Positions 32,062 through 40,873 are shown, counted from the stretch's first letter. The stretch is 64,000 nt of DNA from an uncultured Gammaproteobacteria bacterium (GCA_963698475.1 CAVOQX010000004.1:32466-96465), one strand, 5' to 3'. Notes: a model not told the origin generated them from the letters alone. Program-made: numbers and translations.

Positions 32062-32529
32062 TCACAGCCAGCGCCTGGCAGAATTCCGGTACTGGGCGTA
32101 ATCGTCTCCGAACTTCGCAAGCAGAAGTCGTTCTTCCGGGACGATCTGAAAGCATGTGATGTAGGCGACAAAGGCGACAACCGCAATTGCAGACAAGGGG
32201 TTTTCGAGGTACGTGCAAAAGCCGAGCAGCACGAGTGCCATGCCCAGGTACATGGGATTCCGAGTGAATGCATATGGGCCGTTCTGGACGATTGACGTCG
32301 ACCTGTCGGGGGAGAGCGGATTGAGTGTGGTCCTGGCCTTCCGAAAGGCCATCAGGCCGGAAAGATCCAGTGCAATTCCGGAAAGCAGAAGAATCGCCAC
32401 GATCGGAATCCGGGCAGGAACCTGATAGGTGAATCCCGGCGTGTAGCGTGCGAGTGCCCATGCCAATCCCGCACACGCAAGTGCGATGACAGGTGGCGGA
32501 ATCTTGTGATCGAGTGCGCTCATTGTCAT
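32062..32529 (-). CDS. Isoprenylcysteine carboxyl methyltransferase (ICMT)-family membrane protein, probable terminal cassette
   Basis: ORF 32062..32559, ATG 32529; GPYAFTRNPMYLG and EERLLLAKFGDDYAQY motifs. Confidence 0.7.
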   Translation of the reverse strand: MTMSALDHKIPPPVIALACAGLAWALARYTPGFTYQVPARIPIVAILLLSGIALDLSGLMAFRKARTTLNPLSPDRSTSIVQNGPYAFTRNPMYLGMALVLLGFCTYLENPLSAIAVVAFVAYITCFQIVPEERLLLAKFGDDYAQYRNSARRWL

Positions 32530-32536
32530 GGGGGCA

Positions 32537-32645
32537 AGTGCCTGGGTTGCGCCATGCACGCAGCGGCAGAGCGACGTGCTGCACCATAGCGCATCAAGTC
32601 AAGCGAGCTCGTGAAGCGGGCGCCGCTCGAACGAATGCCTAGCGT
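32537..32645 (-). repeat. Decayed attC
   Basis: gtgctgcaccatagcgcatcaagtcaagcgagctcgtgaagcgggcgccgctcgaacgaatgcctagcg aligns with canonical attC right half; left arm eroded. Confidence 0.45.
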
Positions 32646-33034
32646 TCAAAAGTCACGACAAACGACATGAAGAAGTGCGGGCGCTGATCGGTTGGATAGG
32701 CCCCCTTGGACAACTCTCGTTCCACACAACGCACCATTGGCACGTTGTTGTTCCGCCATGAGTTCAATGAATGCCCTGCAGAATCCAGTTCTAGGACAAT
32801 CGTGAAGTCAGGGAGCTTTCCCGGTGCAAGATCCACACATCCGGCCATCGCTGCACGCAGGAGGGTGTCCTGGTTGCGAACCAGCGCTGCCTTGATGATC
32901 GGATCAAGCGCGGCCTCGTTTGTGTCGGCGCGCTTGAGTGCGTCATTGAATTCGAGTGGCGCAGCCGGTGCGGTCAGCGCTTGCGCAGCAAACAGCAAGG
33001 AAAGCACGGCAATCATCTTGAAGCCCCGGGACAT
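32639..33034 (-). CDS. Secreted hypothetical protein (paralogue of 49583..49960)
   Basis: ORF 32639..33034; signal peptide MIAVLSLLFAAQALTAPA; shares PLEF.DAL.RAD.NEAALDP..VPMVRCVEREL..FFMSFVVTFE with the other copy. Confidence 0.7.
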   Translation of the reverse strand: MSRGFKMIAVLSLLFAAQALTAPAAPLEFNDALKRADTNEAALDPIIKAALVRNQDTLLRAAMAGCVDLAPGKLPDFTIVLELDSAGHSLNSWRNNNVPMVRCVERELSKGAYPTDQRPHFFMSFVVTFER

Positions 33035-33076
33035 GAGTCAAGCCGAGCCCGCGGCAGGATCGGCAACATCACAAGC

Positions 33077-33529
33077 TTAACCTGCCATGCCGCTGACGTA
33101 GTGATGCGAGGTCGGCTTGAACGAAGCCATGGACCACCCCGGACTACCGGCAATGGTTGTCATGATCTCTACAAAGTATCCGAACAAGACGGGGTCGCTC
33201 TTCGTGCCACTTTCACTGCGCATTATTTCCATGGTCTCTTCGTGGGAACGCGCGGCATGGTACGGACGGGCTGTGGTCATTGCATCGTAACTATCCGCCA
33301 ATGAAATGATCCTTGAGGTAGACAGCACCTCATCCGCGATGCCGATCTTCCCAAGATCGTGGAGGTTTGCGGCAACCCGAAGAAGGGTGCGCTCACGGCT
33401 TCTCAAGTTGCAGAGGAGTCCAAGATGCCGGCACAGGTATTCAACGCGGTTACCGTGTATGCCCGTATATCCATCCCGCTGCATCAGCGCCACTCCGAGG
33501 CATTCACGTTGCTGCAATAGGACAGGCAT
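33077..33529 (-). CDS. HD-domain (HD-GYP-like) protein, apparently shortened
   Basis: ORF 33077..33529; AANLHDLGKIGIADEVL and LADSYDAMTTARPYH motifs lie much closer together than in typical HD-GYP domains. Confidence 0.5.
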   Translation of the reverse strand: MPVLLQQRECLGVALMQRDGYTGIHGNRVEYLCRHLGLLCNLRSRERTLLRVAANLHDLGKIGIADEVLSTSRIISLADSYDAMTTARPYHAARSHEETMEIMRSESGTKSDPVLFGYFVEIMTTIAGSPGWSMASFKPTSHHYVSGMAG

Positions 33530-33728
33530 TGAATTGCTCTCGCTTTAGGTGGCGACGCACCTGGTTCGCGTCTGGCTGGCCCGGCGGCTGAAAGGTCCAT
33601 CCAGCGAATATAGAAGATGTACCGACTAAGGCGAACCCATGGCATCTCCAGGTCGAGCGTCCGCCCGCGCGCTGATCGCATGAACACCATGAACGGATCG
33701 TATATCCGAAGTACAGGACACGAGGAGC

Positions 33729-33841
33729 TTCATGTGTTCCAGCACCCAGGTTGAGTCGGGCACCTGCGTTGCACGGCGGAGCGACACATCACCACGCAAG
33801 CCGAGCTGCTCGGCGGTCGCGGCTTGAACGAATCGTTAGGC
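33729..33841 (-). repeat. Decayed attC
   Basis: ccagcacccaggttgagtcggg..caagccgagctgctcggcggtcgcggcttgaacgaatcgttaggc. Confidence 0.55.
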
Positions 33842-34041
33842 GGCAGCCCCCAAAGTAGCCGACGCCAGCACAAGGCCGCCAAGCACCAATGAACACAAGC
33901 CTATCAGCGCGATGAAGCGCGTTGCGCGCGGAACAGCTTGCTTGGCGAAGCGATGATGCCATCGCCACGGAACCGTGAGCAAGTCGGGCCAAGAAGCGGT
34001 TTCGCCGTGAACGAACAGTCGGGCGTCTTATCAGTGGCCTC

Positions 34042-34512
34042 TTACGGGACTGTCAGGGCACGAATCCATTGTTTGCCGATCTTGCGCATCGCGTGAAATG
34101 TATGCAGATCATCGCCTCCGCCGGCCAAGTCCACTGGCCTGCCAAAGCTGATCCTGTACGCCTGTCGACGGATCACGACCACGATGCTGCCGGCGAAGGT
34201 GTACCAAGGGCAGTGCGTCGAGACATCCAGCAAGGCCTCGCTGAAGAGTGTGGCGCTTCCTGTTTCTTTGAGACGACTGGCGAACTCGGCAACACCTGAC
34301 CGTCGCTCGAGCTTCCTGAGTTGCCAGTCCCACGCGCTTCCGGTCCCGCTTGCCGTGAAAGTGAGGCGCGATCCGCTCAGATCGAGCTCGCCGGGAACAG
34401 AACTTATCCCGCACAGGAGCCAAGCAGCAGAACGCATGTTGCGCCGTGTGGGGCCGCCTGATTTTTTCAGTTGCAGGGATCGCATGAGTAGCTCGGAATA
34501 CGCCTGGCTCAT
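34042..34512 (-). CDS. Hypothetical protein
   Basis: ORF 34042..34512, 156 aa; no recognisable motif; followed by eroded attC-like tail (cggtttcgccgtgaacgaacagtcgggc). Confidence 0.45.
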   Translation of the reverse strand: MSQAYSELLMRSLQLKKSGGPTRRNMRSAAWLLCGISSVPGELDLSGSRLTFTASGTGSAWDWQLRKLERRSGVAEFASRLKETGSATLFSEALLDVSTHCPWYTFAGSIVVVIRRQAYRISFGRPVDLAGGGDDLHTFHAMRKIGKQWIRALTVP

Positions 34513-34550
34513 TAATCGAACTACGAAGAGGTTTCAGCTTGAACGAATTG

Positions 34551-34856
34551 CTACACGCCACCAACTGTCAGCCAGAAGGAAATTTCCGGCGGGCCGGCGA
34601 GAAATGCCCCTGCGCTCTGGATGAAGGACTGGATGTGCGGTTGTTGCATGTGCGGGCCCAGGAAGACCTCTTGGCTGGGCCAACGTTCGATGAGGGTGAT
34701 CCGACAGGAGTCGTTTGCATCCTGGAGCATGGTTATGCCGCCGCACTCTGGCTCGGAAGCGTGGACTGCGGCAATGAGTGCAGCGATTTCGTGTTTGGCA
34801 GTGCTTACTTGATCCGGTAGCACGCGATAGTTGACGACGACAGTTGTTCCGCTCAT
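34551..34856 (-). CDS. Antibiotic-biosynthesis-monooxygenase (ABM) domain protein
   Basis: ORF 34551..34856, 101 aa; ..ITLIERWPSQEVFLGPHMQQPHIQSFI.. typical ABM ferredoxin-like fold signature. Confidence 0.6.
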   Translation of the reverse strand: MSGTTVVVNYRVLPDQVSTAKHEIAALIAAVHASEPECGGITMLQDANDSCRITLIERWPSQEVFLGPHMQQPHIQSFIQSAGAFLAGPPEISFWLTVGGV

Positions 34857-35079
34857 GGACAGGCTCCGAGATATGGCTTATGGCGTCCATTGCCTTGCGA
34901 CCGAAATCAAGCCGTCTAGCACGCCAATGGTTGCAGGAGTTGAAACGGATTGGCCGATATTGAGGCTGCTCAGATCGAACTTCTTCATTGCGATTCCAGG
35001 ATCGAGCGTGTGGTCCGGAGTCTAGCGAAGAGAACTCGCCACCGTCCAACACGGGTGTTTGCGGTCGCTTTGTGATGCC

Positions 35080-35388
35080 TCACTCGCCTGATCGGCGACG
35101 TTTGCGAACTTGGAACATCTTGCGTGCTTGCGCACCTACGACGCCAATACCAACTGCCATGAACAGGATGCCCCGCGCACCGATGAACTGACTGATGCGC
35201 GCTTCGGGTGTGGAGCTGGATGTTGGAAAGAACACCAACCAGCAAATGAGAAGGAATGCCGCGGCGAGAACGGTTCCGGCAAATTTCTGCGCGATGCCGC
35301 CACGCTGCCGCGCTACTTGCCACAGGAAGATTCCTGGTGCAAGCACCGCAAAAATGACAATCACGATTGCAAAAATCCGAGCGAGCAT
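35080..35388 (-). CDS. Small membrane protein
   Basis: ATG 35388 inside ORF 35080..35544 (upstream part of that ORF is attC translation); three hydrophobic helices. Confidence 0.5.
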   Translation of the reverse strand: MLARIFAIVIVIFAVLAPGIFLWQVARQRGGIAQKFAGTVLAAAFLLICWLVFFPTSSSTPEARISQFIGARGILFMAVGIGVVGAQARKMFQVRKRRRSGE

Positions 35389-35402
35389 TGTGGTGACGCT
35401 GT

Positions 35403-35509
35403 ACCTGACACCTGCGTTAAGGAGGTCCGCTGCGCGGACCGGCGGTGTGGTACGAGATACCGCACAAGCCGAGCCGCGCAGCGGTCTCGGCTTGAACCAA
35501 TGGTCAAGC
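35403..35509 (-). repeat. Partly decayed attC
   Basis: acctgacacctgcgttaagg..ggtacgagataccgcacaagccgagccgcgcagcggtctcggcttgaaccaatggtcaag. Confidence 0.6.
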
Positions 35510-35899
35510 GTCACTCCGTTCTTTTTTGAGCGCCGTGACCTCAATCTCGATCCGCATTCTGGGATCCGCTAGGCCTGCTGAGATCATCATGGCGGCAGGC
35601 CGCACTTCACCGAAATACTTGCGAAGCACTGGCCAGCACTTCTCGAAATCCGTTGCGTCTGGGAGGACATAGGTGACTTTCACCACGTCACCAAAGCACG
35701 ACCCTGCTTGCTCCAGAGCAACACCGATGTTCTTCAGGCATTGCTCGGCCTGATCAGCCACACCCGGAGCAATTGTCATTGTCGGGTAGTCGAATCCCGT
35801 CGTTCCCGAGACGAACACCCAATTACCCTCTGCGACTGCGCGGGAATAGCCAATCTCTTTCTCGAACGTCGAACCGGAACTGATGAGCTGGCGAGTCAT
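35504..35899 (-). CDS. RidA/YjgF/L-PSP-family enamine/imine deaminase
   Basis: ORF 35504..35899; GYSRAV..GNWVFVSGTTG..VKVTYVL..PAAMMISAGLADPRMRIEIEV. Confidence 0.8.
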   Translation of the reverse strand: MTRQLISSGSTFEKEIGYSRAVAEGNWVFVSGTTGFDYPTMTIAPGVADQAEQCLKNIGVALEQAGSCFGDVVKVTYVLPDATDFEKCWPVLRKYFGEVRPAAMMISAGLADPRMRIEIEVTALKKERSDA

Positions 35900-35931
35900 G
35901 GGTCAATGCTCAGGTTGCTGAATAGCTCTGT

Positions 35932-36044
35932 CGGACACCTGGCGCCTGAGTTAATCCTGGACGCGCAGCAAGCCGAGGGGTCTGCTACACGATAGCGCAT
36001 GAGCCGAGCCGCGGAGCGGTCTCGGCTTGAATGAATAGTTGGGT
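35932..36044 (-). repeat. Partly decayed attC abutting IS
   Basis: cggacacctggcgcctgagttaatcc..gctacacgatagcgcatgagccgagccgcggagcggtctcggcttgaatgaatagttgggt. Confidence 0.6.
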
Positions 36045-36080
36045 CTGGGTGGAGCGACCCGGCTTTCTCGGACAGTGGAC

Positions 36081-36992
36081 CTAAGGCACATACCTTAGGC
36101 GATTGAACCGCTCTTCGTATTGAGCCGGCGATTGATATTCCAAAGCCGAGTGCATCCGCGTGCGGTTGTAGAAGACCTCGATGTAGTTGAACAGCGCGAT
36201 TCTGGCTGCTTCGCGGGTTGCGAAGGCTTTGTCCGGAACCCCTTCCAGCTTGAGCGTGCTGAAGAAGCTCTCGGCCATCGCGTTGTCATACGGCATGCCC
36301 GGTCGGCTCATGCTCAGGATCATTTTCGCTGACTCCACTTTTGCCCGGTAGCGGGCGCTGGTGTATTGGCAGCCCCGGTCGTGATGAAGGACCAGGCCCG
36401 GCTTGGGGCGACGATGCACGATCGCCATGTGCAGGGCACGCTCGGCCAGTTCGAGCGTCTGCCGCGAGCCCATCGCCCAACCGACGATGCGGCGACTGCA
36501 CACGTCGAGCACGGTGGCCAGATAGAGCCAGCCCTCGCGCGTCGCAACGTGCGTGATGTCGCCCACCCACACCCGATCGGGAGTCGAGCTTGCAAACGGC
36601 CACGCGAGGCGATTGGGCGCTGCAGGCACCCGCTGGTACGCGGCGCGAGTACGCACGAAGCGACGCCGACGCAGCGTCACCACGCCATGTCGACTGCGCA
36701 GTCGCGCGACACGATGCCGGCCGCATGCCTCGCCGCGAGCGACCAGCACCCGCCAGAGTCGACGCGTGCCGTAGACCTGCCGGTGCTCCATGTGTGTCGC
36801 CTGGATCACTATTGCCAAGCGCACATCGGCCTGCTCGCGCGCACTCGGCTTGCGCTGCTGCCACGCATGGAAGCCGCTGCGTGAGACGCCCAGCGCGCGA
36901 CACATCGCGGTCACCGGGTAGGCGACTTGCTGCTCTTGGATCCAGGCGTACCGCGCGCTGGCGCGCTCGCGAAGTACGCCTCGGCTTTTTTT
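36081..36992 (-). CDS. IS3-family transposase OrfB (DDE), expressed by -1 frameshift
   Basis: ORF 36081..37124; VWVGDITHVATREGWLYLATVLDVCSRRIVGW..HHDRGCQYTS..PYDNAMAESFFSTLKLE. Confidence 0.8.
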   Translation of the reverse strand, partial: KKSRGVLRERASARYAWIQEQQVAYPVTAMCRALGVSRSGFHAWQQRKPSAREQADVRLAIVIQATHMEHRQVYGTRRLWRVLVARGEACGRHRVARLRSRHGVVTLRRRRFVRTRAAYQRVPAAPNRLAWPFASSTPDRVWVGDITHVATREGWLYLATVLDVCSRRIVGWAMGSRQTLELAERALHMAIVHRRPKPGLVLHHDRGCQYTSARYRAKVESAKMILSMSRPGMPYDNAMAESFFSTLKLEGVPDKAFATREAARIALFNYIEVFYNRTRMHSALEYQSPAQYEERFNRLRYVP

Positions 36993-37211
36993 AGGATCTC
37001 GAGCTCCATCTCGGCGCTGGCCAAGGCCCGACGCAATCGCATGAGCTCGGCTTGCTCGAGCGAACGTCTCCCCGATCCGGGAAATGCCTCCTTCTCGCCA
37101 ACGGCCTGCACGGCCGAGCTCCACTTGTACAGACGATTGCGAGGCACACCGAGTTCGCGCGACAGCTGCGCGATCGGCTTGTCGCCGATCTGCATCTGTC
37201 GCACCGCCTCG
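36911..37211 (-). pseudogene. IS3-family transposase OrfA, N-terminally truncated
   Basis: ..EAVRQMQIGDKPIAQLSRELGVPRNRLYKW..ELEILKKAEAYFAS; first nine codons of ORF 36911..37237 (MSVKSGVNP) are read from the IS-B terminal repeat. Confidence 0.7.
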
Positions 37212-37273
37212 GGGTTCACCCCCGATTTCACGGACACTTACGAGAAGGCCGATACGGCCGATTAGGAGTGTTC

Positions 37274-37561
37274 ATGTCGAAGCGAAGAAAGTTCAGTGCG
37301 GAGTTCAAGCGTGGTGCGCTTGAACAAGCTAATCAGCCGGGGGTCAGTTGTGCCCAGGTGGCTCGTGAGCTGGGGATCCGGGACAACCTGTTGACTCGCT
37401 GGAAGCGTGAGGCCGGGAGCCAAGGCAAGAACGCATTTGCCGGCACGGGAACGCCACGGGATGAGGAGCTGGCGGGTTTGAAGCGCGAGCTGGCGCGGGT
37501 GAAGAAGGAACGAGATTTTTTGCGAGAAGCGGCGACGTTCTTTGCCAAGGGATCATCCTGA
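37274..37561 (+). CDS. IS3-family transposase OrfA
   Basis: [46 protein letters not shown]..; TTTTTTG run near 3' end. Confidence 0.85.
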   Translation: MSKRRKFSAEFKRGALEQANQPGVSCAQVARELGIRDNLLTRWKREAGSQGKNAFAGTGTPRDEELAGLKRELARVKKERDFLREAATFFAKGSS

Positions 37562-37569
37562 GGTATCAG

Positions 37570-38409
37570 GTGATCGAACGTTGTCGCGATGAGTTCCCAG
37601 TCCGGCTGATGTGTCGTTGCTTGCGGGTATCGGCCAGCGGTTATTACGATTGGCGCCAGCACATACCCAGCGCCCGTCAGCTCGACAACGAACGCTTGCT
37701 GGGGCGTATCCGTGGGCTTCACGAAGACAGTCGGGGGGCGTTGGGAGCGGGACGGATGCAGGAAGACCTTGCCGATGAAGGCGAGACAGCCAGCCTGAAC
37801 CGCGTCGCACGGTTGATGGCCGTCGATGGCTTGCAGGGCTGGCCGCGCCCGAAGCGACGAGGCCAGCGGGGGCGTCCAGCGCTTACCCCGCCAGGCGTGC
37901 GCAACCGGCTGGAACGGGACTTCACCGCACTGGAGCCAGAGACCAAATGGGTCACCGACATCACCGAGATCAAGACCAAGGAAGGCAAGCTGTATTTGTG
38001 CGTTGTGCTGGACCTGTTCGACTACCGCGTGGTGGGCTGGTCAATGCATCATCGGCAGGATCGGCAGATGGTTGTCCGAGCCGTGCAGATGGCCGTATGG
38101 CAGCGCCAGGGCAACGAACCGGTGATCATGCATTCGGATAGAGGCAGTCAGTTTCGAAGCGGTGACTACCAGAAGTATTTGCTGGCCAATGCCCTGGTGT
38201 GCTCGATGAGCGCCGTGGGTCATTGCGGAGACAACGCCGCATGCGAGGGCTTCTTCGGCCTGCTCAAGCGCGAACGGATTTACCGCATGACATATCCGAC
38301 ACTCGATGCGGCAAGAGCGGATGTGTTTGAATACATCGAGCGGCGCCACAACCCAAGGATGCGGCGAAGAACCGCCAGAGAGGATTTGAAGTTTTCCACC
38401 CTTTCATAA
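37570..38409 (+). CDS. IS3-family transposase OrfB (DDE), -1 frame relative to OrfA
   Basis: ORF 37570..38409; [57 protein letters not shown]. Confidence 0.85.
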   Translation: MIERCRDEFPVRLMCRCLRVSASGYYDWRQHIPSARQLDNERLLGRIRGLHEDSRGALGAGRMQEDLADEGETASLNRVARLMAVDGLQGWPRPKRRGQRGRPALTPPGVRNRLERDFTALEPETKWVTDITEIKTKEGKLYLCVVLDLFDYRVVGWSMHHRQDRQMVVRAVQMAVWQRQGNEPVIMHSDRGSQFRSGDYQKYLLANALVCSMSAVGHCGDNAACEGFFGLLKRERIYRMTYPTLDAARADVFEYIERRHNPRMRRRTAREDLKFSTLS

Positions 38410-38435
38410 CCGTCCGTGATTTCGGGGGTGAACCC

Positions 38436-38555
38436 CACCAAGTGATTGAGTGCATCTGCGGCCTCTGCGATTTCCAGCCGTGTGACTGGACTCTTGTCCA
38501 AAAAATAAATCGCGAAGAAGATCCAAGCAATCGTCGAGGTGGCACTTCTTTCCAT
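38436..38555 (-). pseudogene. 5' fragment of a cassette gene cut by IS-B copy 1
   Basis: ATG 38555; MERSATSTIAWIFFAIYFLDKSPVTRLEIAEAADALNHLV then IS-B end. Confidence 0.5.
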
Positions 38556-38558
38556 GCG

Positions 38559-38665
38559 GTCTAACACCTGAGTTAAGCCGGGACGCGTAGCGGCTCGGCG
38601 GAGTGGTACACGTCACCACGCAAGCCGAGCCGCGAAGCGGTCTCGGCTTGAACGAATAGTTAGGT
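38559..38665 (-). repeat. attC01 (type A)
   Basis: gtctaac..gttaggt, conserved arms. Confidence 0.85.
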
Positions 38666-38977
38666 TTGGGGCTTGTGCTGCCGAAGCGCACTGCGACGAA
38701 GTAGCCGCTCGGTTCGCATGACATGCACGATGAATACGTGTGTTCCGTCGAAGCGATAGAAGACGCGGCAGGGTGGCTCGACGATCTGGCGATAGCGAGT
38801 GCGAGGTCCAAGCTCACGAGGCCGGCTACCACTTTCTGGATGTTCTCGAAGTTGGCGCACATGGGCGACGATACGTTGGACAAGCGCGCTTGCTGCGAAA
38901 GGGTTCTCCAGCGCGATGTAGTCTGCAACAGCCTCTAGGTCAGCGATTGCAGGTTCAGTCCAGACTATTTCAGCCAT
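38660..38977 (-). CDS. parE: ParE/RelE-superfamily toxin
   Basis: ORF 38660..38977; MAEIVWTEPAIADLEAVADYIALENPFAASALVQRI..YRQIVEPPCRVFYRFDGTHVFIVHVMRTER. Confidence 0.75.
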   Translation of the reverse strand: MAEIVWTEPAIADLEAVADYIALENPFAASALVQRIVAHVRQLREHPESGSRPRELGPRTRYRQIVEPPCRVFYRFDGTHVFIVHVMRTERLLRRSALRQHKPQT

Positions 38978-39222
38978 TTGCCAAGGCGCTTCTCGGCTTG
39001 AGCTAGGGTGAGTGTCCGCTTCTCGGAAACGGCGACCTCACCACGAGCGATACCCTCAAGGATCGTCATGCGCTCTTGTTGGAGCTGATAGCTTTCAACG
39101 TCAACGAGGTAGGCGCTAGGCAAACCATGTTGGGTGATCAGAATGGGTTTCTTGTCGCGTTCAATGTCCGCGAGCAAGTCCGTGGCCTGGCGCTTGAGTG
39201 TGGTGACGAGTTCGGTACGCAT
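38965..39222 (-). CDS. Phd/YefM-family antitoxin
   Basis: ATG 39222 inside ORF 38965..39330; MRTELVTTLKRQATDLLADIERDKKPILITQHGLPSAYLVDVESYQ; overlaps toxin start. Confidence 0.75.
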   Translation of the reverse strand: MRTELVTTLKRQATDLLADIERDKKPILITQHGLPSAYLVDVESYQLQQERMTILEGIARGEVAVSEKRTLTLAQAEKRLGKWLK

Positions 39223-39266
39223 GGAGTGATACTGAAGTGCCACTCGCTTGAAGTCAAGGGTCCCAA

Positions 39267-39375
39267 ACCTAACACCTGGAATTAAGTCGGCCCGCGCAGC
39301 GGCCGAGCGTTGTGCTACACGATACCGCACAAGGCGAGGCCGCGAAGCGGGCTCGGCTTGAATGACTTGTTAGGC
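39267..39375 (-). repeat. attC02 (type A variant)
   Basis: acctaac..gttaggc; centre gtcggcccgcgcagcggccgagcg. Confidence 0.85.
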
Positions 39376-39634
39376 AACGCTGGACAATGAGCGAAGCGCT
39401 GCTCTGTCGACTGCGATGGAAGCCGGGAGCCGATTGTCACGTGATGCAAACCAGCGCAAGTGAGCGGCGGGTGCTCGACCATCCGAAGCCGGCCCTGGAA
39501 TCTGTGCCGCAAGCGAGAACCTTTGACCCGTTGTCACCGAAGTCCTGACCCAATGTGACAGCGGCCAAAGAATGCTTGAACAGGCGAGGGCGATCAGGTT
39601 GCGAGAACACACAACAGGAACTCTTTGGTCCGCT
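39376..39634 (-). repeat. R-family ORF-less cassette, diverged member R0
   Basis: 259 nt; shares agccgggagccgattgtcacgtgatgcaa..gcgcaagtgagcgg..gtgctcga and gcgatcaggttgcgagaacacaca blocks with R1-R12, middle unrelated. Confidence 0.75.
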
Positions 39635-39746
39635 GCCTAACACCTGAGTTAAGCCGGGCCGCGCAGTGGCGAAAGCTTTGCGCTAGCGTAGCGCAAGCGC
39701 AAAGGTGAAGCTACGAAGCGGCGTCGGCTTGAACGAATTGTTAGGC
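39635..39746 (-). repeat. attC03 (type B, 112 bp)
   Basis: gcctaac..gttaggc; centre gtggcgaaagctttgcgctagcgtagcgcaagcgcaaagg. Confidence 0.85.
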
Positions 39747-40061
39747 AGCGCCCAGTTTGGCCGCTACCGGTGGTGCAACAAGCCAAGGATACTGCTCGGA
39801 CCTGAGTGTTCCGCCACGCTTCCATTGGTCATAGCGGTTACGCATGCAATGACCGCAAGGGCGATAGCCAGCCGCAATAGCTGCGTCTTCGTTGGCGAAG
39901 AAGACGCGGTGCTTGGAATAGCCGCCCTTAGCCAAGTGGGAATTCGCAGACCAACATGTCAGTTGTCCATAAATTTTCTTTGGACTGTATCCGCCGAGTT
40001 GACCAGGCTCCAAGCTTTCATAAGTAGAGCCGTCGGGAGCCAGCAGCTTGTAGGGCTTCAT
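39741..40061 (-). CDS. Ada-like metal-binding domain protein
   Basis: ORF 39741..40061; ..HRVFFANEDAAIAAGYRPCGHCMRNRY.. resembles Ada Zn-binding domain. Confidence 0.6.
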   Translation of the reverse strand: MKPYKLLAPDGSTYESLEPGQLGGYSPKKIYGQLTCWSANSHLAKGGYSKHRVFFANEDAAIAAGYRPCGHCMRNRYDQWKRGGTLRSEQYPWLVAPPVAAKLGAA

Positions 40062-40092
40062 GGGCTGTGAGTACCTAGCGTGTTCATGCGCT

Positions 40093-40180
40093 GCCTAACG
40101 CATGACTTAAGCCGGCCCGCCCGGCGTGAATAGGAGCGCCGAGACCGCGAAGCGGGCTCGGCTTGAAGGAATTGTTATGC
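40093..40180 (-). repeat. attC04 (short, 88 bp)
   Basis: gcctaac..gttatgc; shortened centre. Confidence 0.75.
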
Positions 40181-40195
40181 AGCAACGGAGGATGT

Positions 40196-40405
40196 ATGGA
40201 GACCGGAATAACTGAGGTATTGACGGTACTCGCGATATTGGCGCTGGCTGTCTTTGATGTGATCGCATCCTGGAGAATCAGTAAATCCTACTGCGCCGAC
40301 TACGGGTTCACGGCGTGGCTAGATTCACGTGAGAGGCGCGTAGCCATCAGGCCGCTTGGCGGTGTTTATTTGGTCTTGCGGCGGTGGTTGTCCGGTGCTG
40401 CATAA
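40196..40405 (+). CDS. Small membrane protein encoded opposite to cassette orientation
   Basis: ATG 40196 five nt after GGAGG, inside ORF 40163..40405; METGITEVLTVLAILALAVFDVIASW TM helix; no - strand ORF in this cassette. Confidence 0.4.
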   Translation: METGITEVLTVLAILALAVFDVIASWRISKSYCADYGFTAWLDSRERRVAIRPLGGVYLVLRRWLSGAA

Positions 40406-40506
40406 CACCTGAGTTAAGGCGGACCGCTGCGCGGCCCGGCGGAGTGGTACACGACACCGCTCAAGCCGAGCCGCGAAGCGGTCTCGGCTTGAACGAATAG
40501 TTAGGG
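40400..40506 (-). repeat. attC05 (type A)
   Basis: gcataac..gttaggg. Confidence 0.85.
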
Positions 40507-40863
40507 CTGCGGTCTGCGGAGCTTTTTTGCAAAGCGAAAGACTCGTAGTCCCGTCAGAACCAATATTGGCGGAAACGCAGAAAAAATATGTAAATTGAAC
40601 CAGTACCGCTGTGGCTCAACAGAGAGCTTGATCATGTCATGGCAGTGCCTCGAGGTCATACATATGACCTCTCCGTCCCGGAGGCTGACAAAAAGCATAA
40701 AGAAACTTATTAGGCCGATGAGTAATATTGTGATGCCGCCCAAGGATAGGTCTCTAGTCGATATCTTTTGGCTTGAATTTTCTGGATTTGCGTCAGGAAT
40801 AGCGCGCAAGATTAAAGCCCAGATGGCACCAGACAGAATCACAATTGAAATTACGGTGATCAT
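40501..40863 (-). CDS. Membrane protein (3-4 TM), AT-rich cassette
   Basis: ORF 40501..40863. Confidence 0.6.
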   Translation of the reverse strand: MITVISIVILSGAIWALILRAIPDANPENSSQKISTRDLSLGGITILLIGLISFFMLFVSLRDGEVICMTSRHCHDMIKLSVEPQRYWFNLHIFSAFPPILVLTGLRVFRFAKKLRRPQP

Positions 40864-40873
40864 TTTTAAGCAG

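Larger units (their letters stand above)
36046..37211 (-). mobile_element. IS3-family insertion sequence (IS-A), 5' end truncated by IS-B
   Basis: orfA/orfB with A7G slippery run (36986-36992); orfA lacks its N-terminus and runs directly into the IS-B terminal repeat at 37212; low-coordinate end inferred from TGGGTGG.. next to attC. Confidence 0.75.
37212..38435 (+). mobile_element. IS3-family insertion sequence IS-B, copy 1 (1224 bp)
   Basis: Terminal inverted repeats GGGTTCACCCCCGATTTCACGGAC / GTCCGTGATTTCGGGGGTGAACCC; identical to 53558..54781 as far as I can compare by eye; no matching direct repeats at flanks. Confidence 0.85.
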
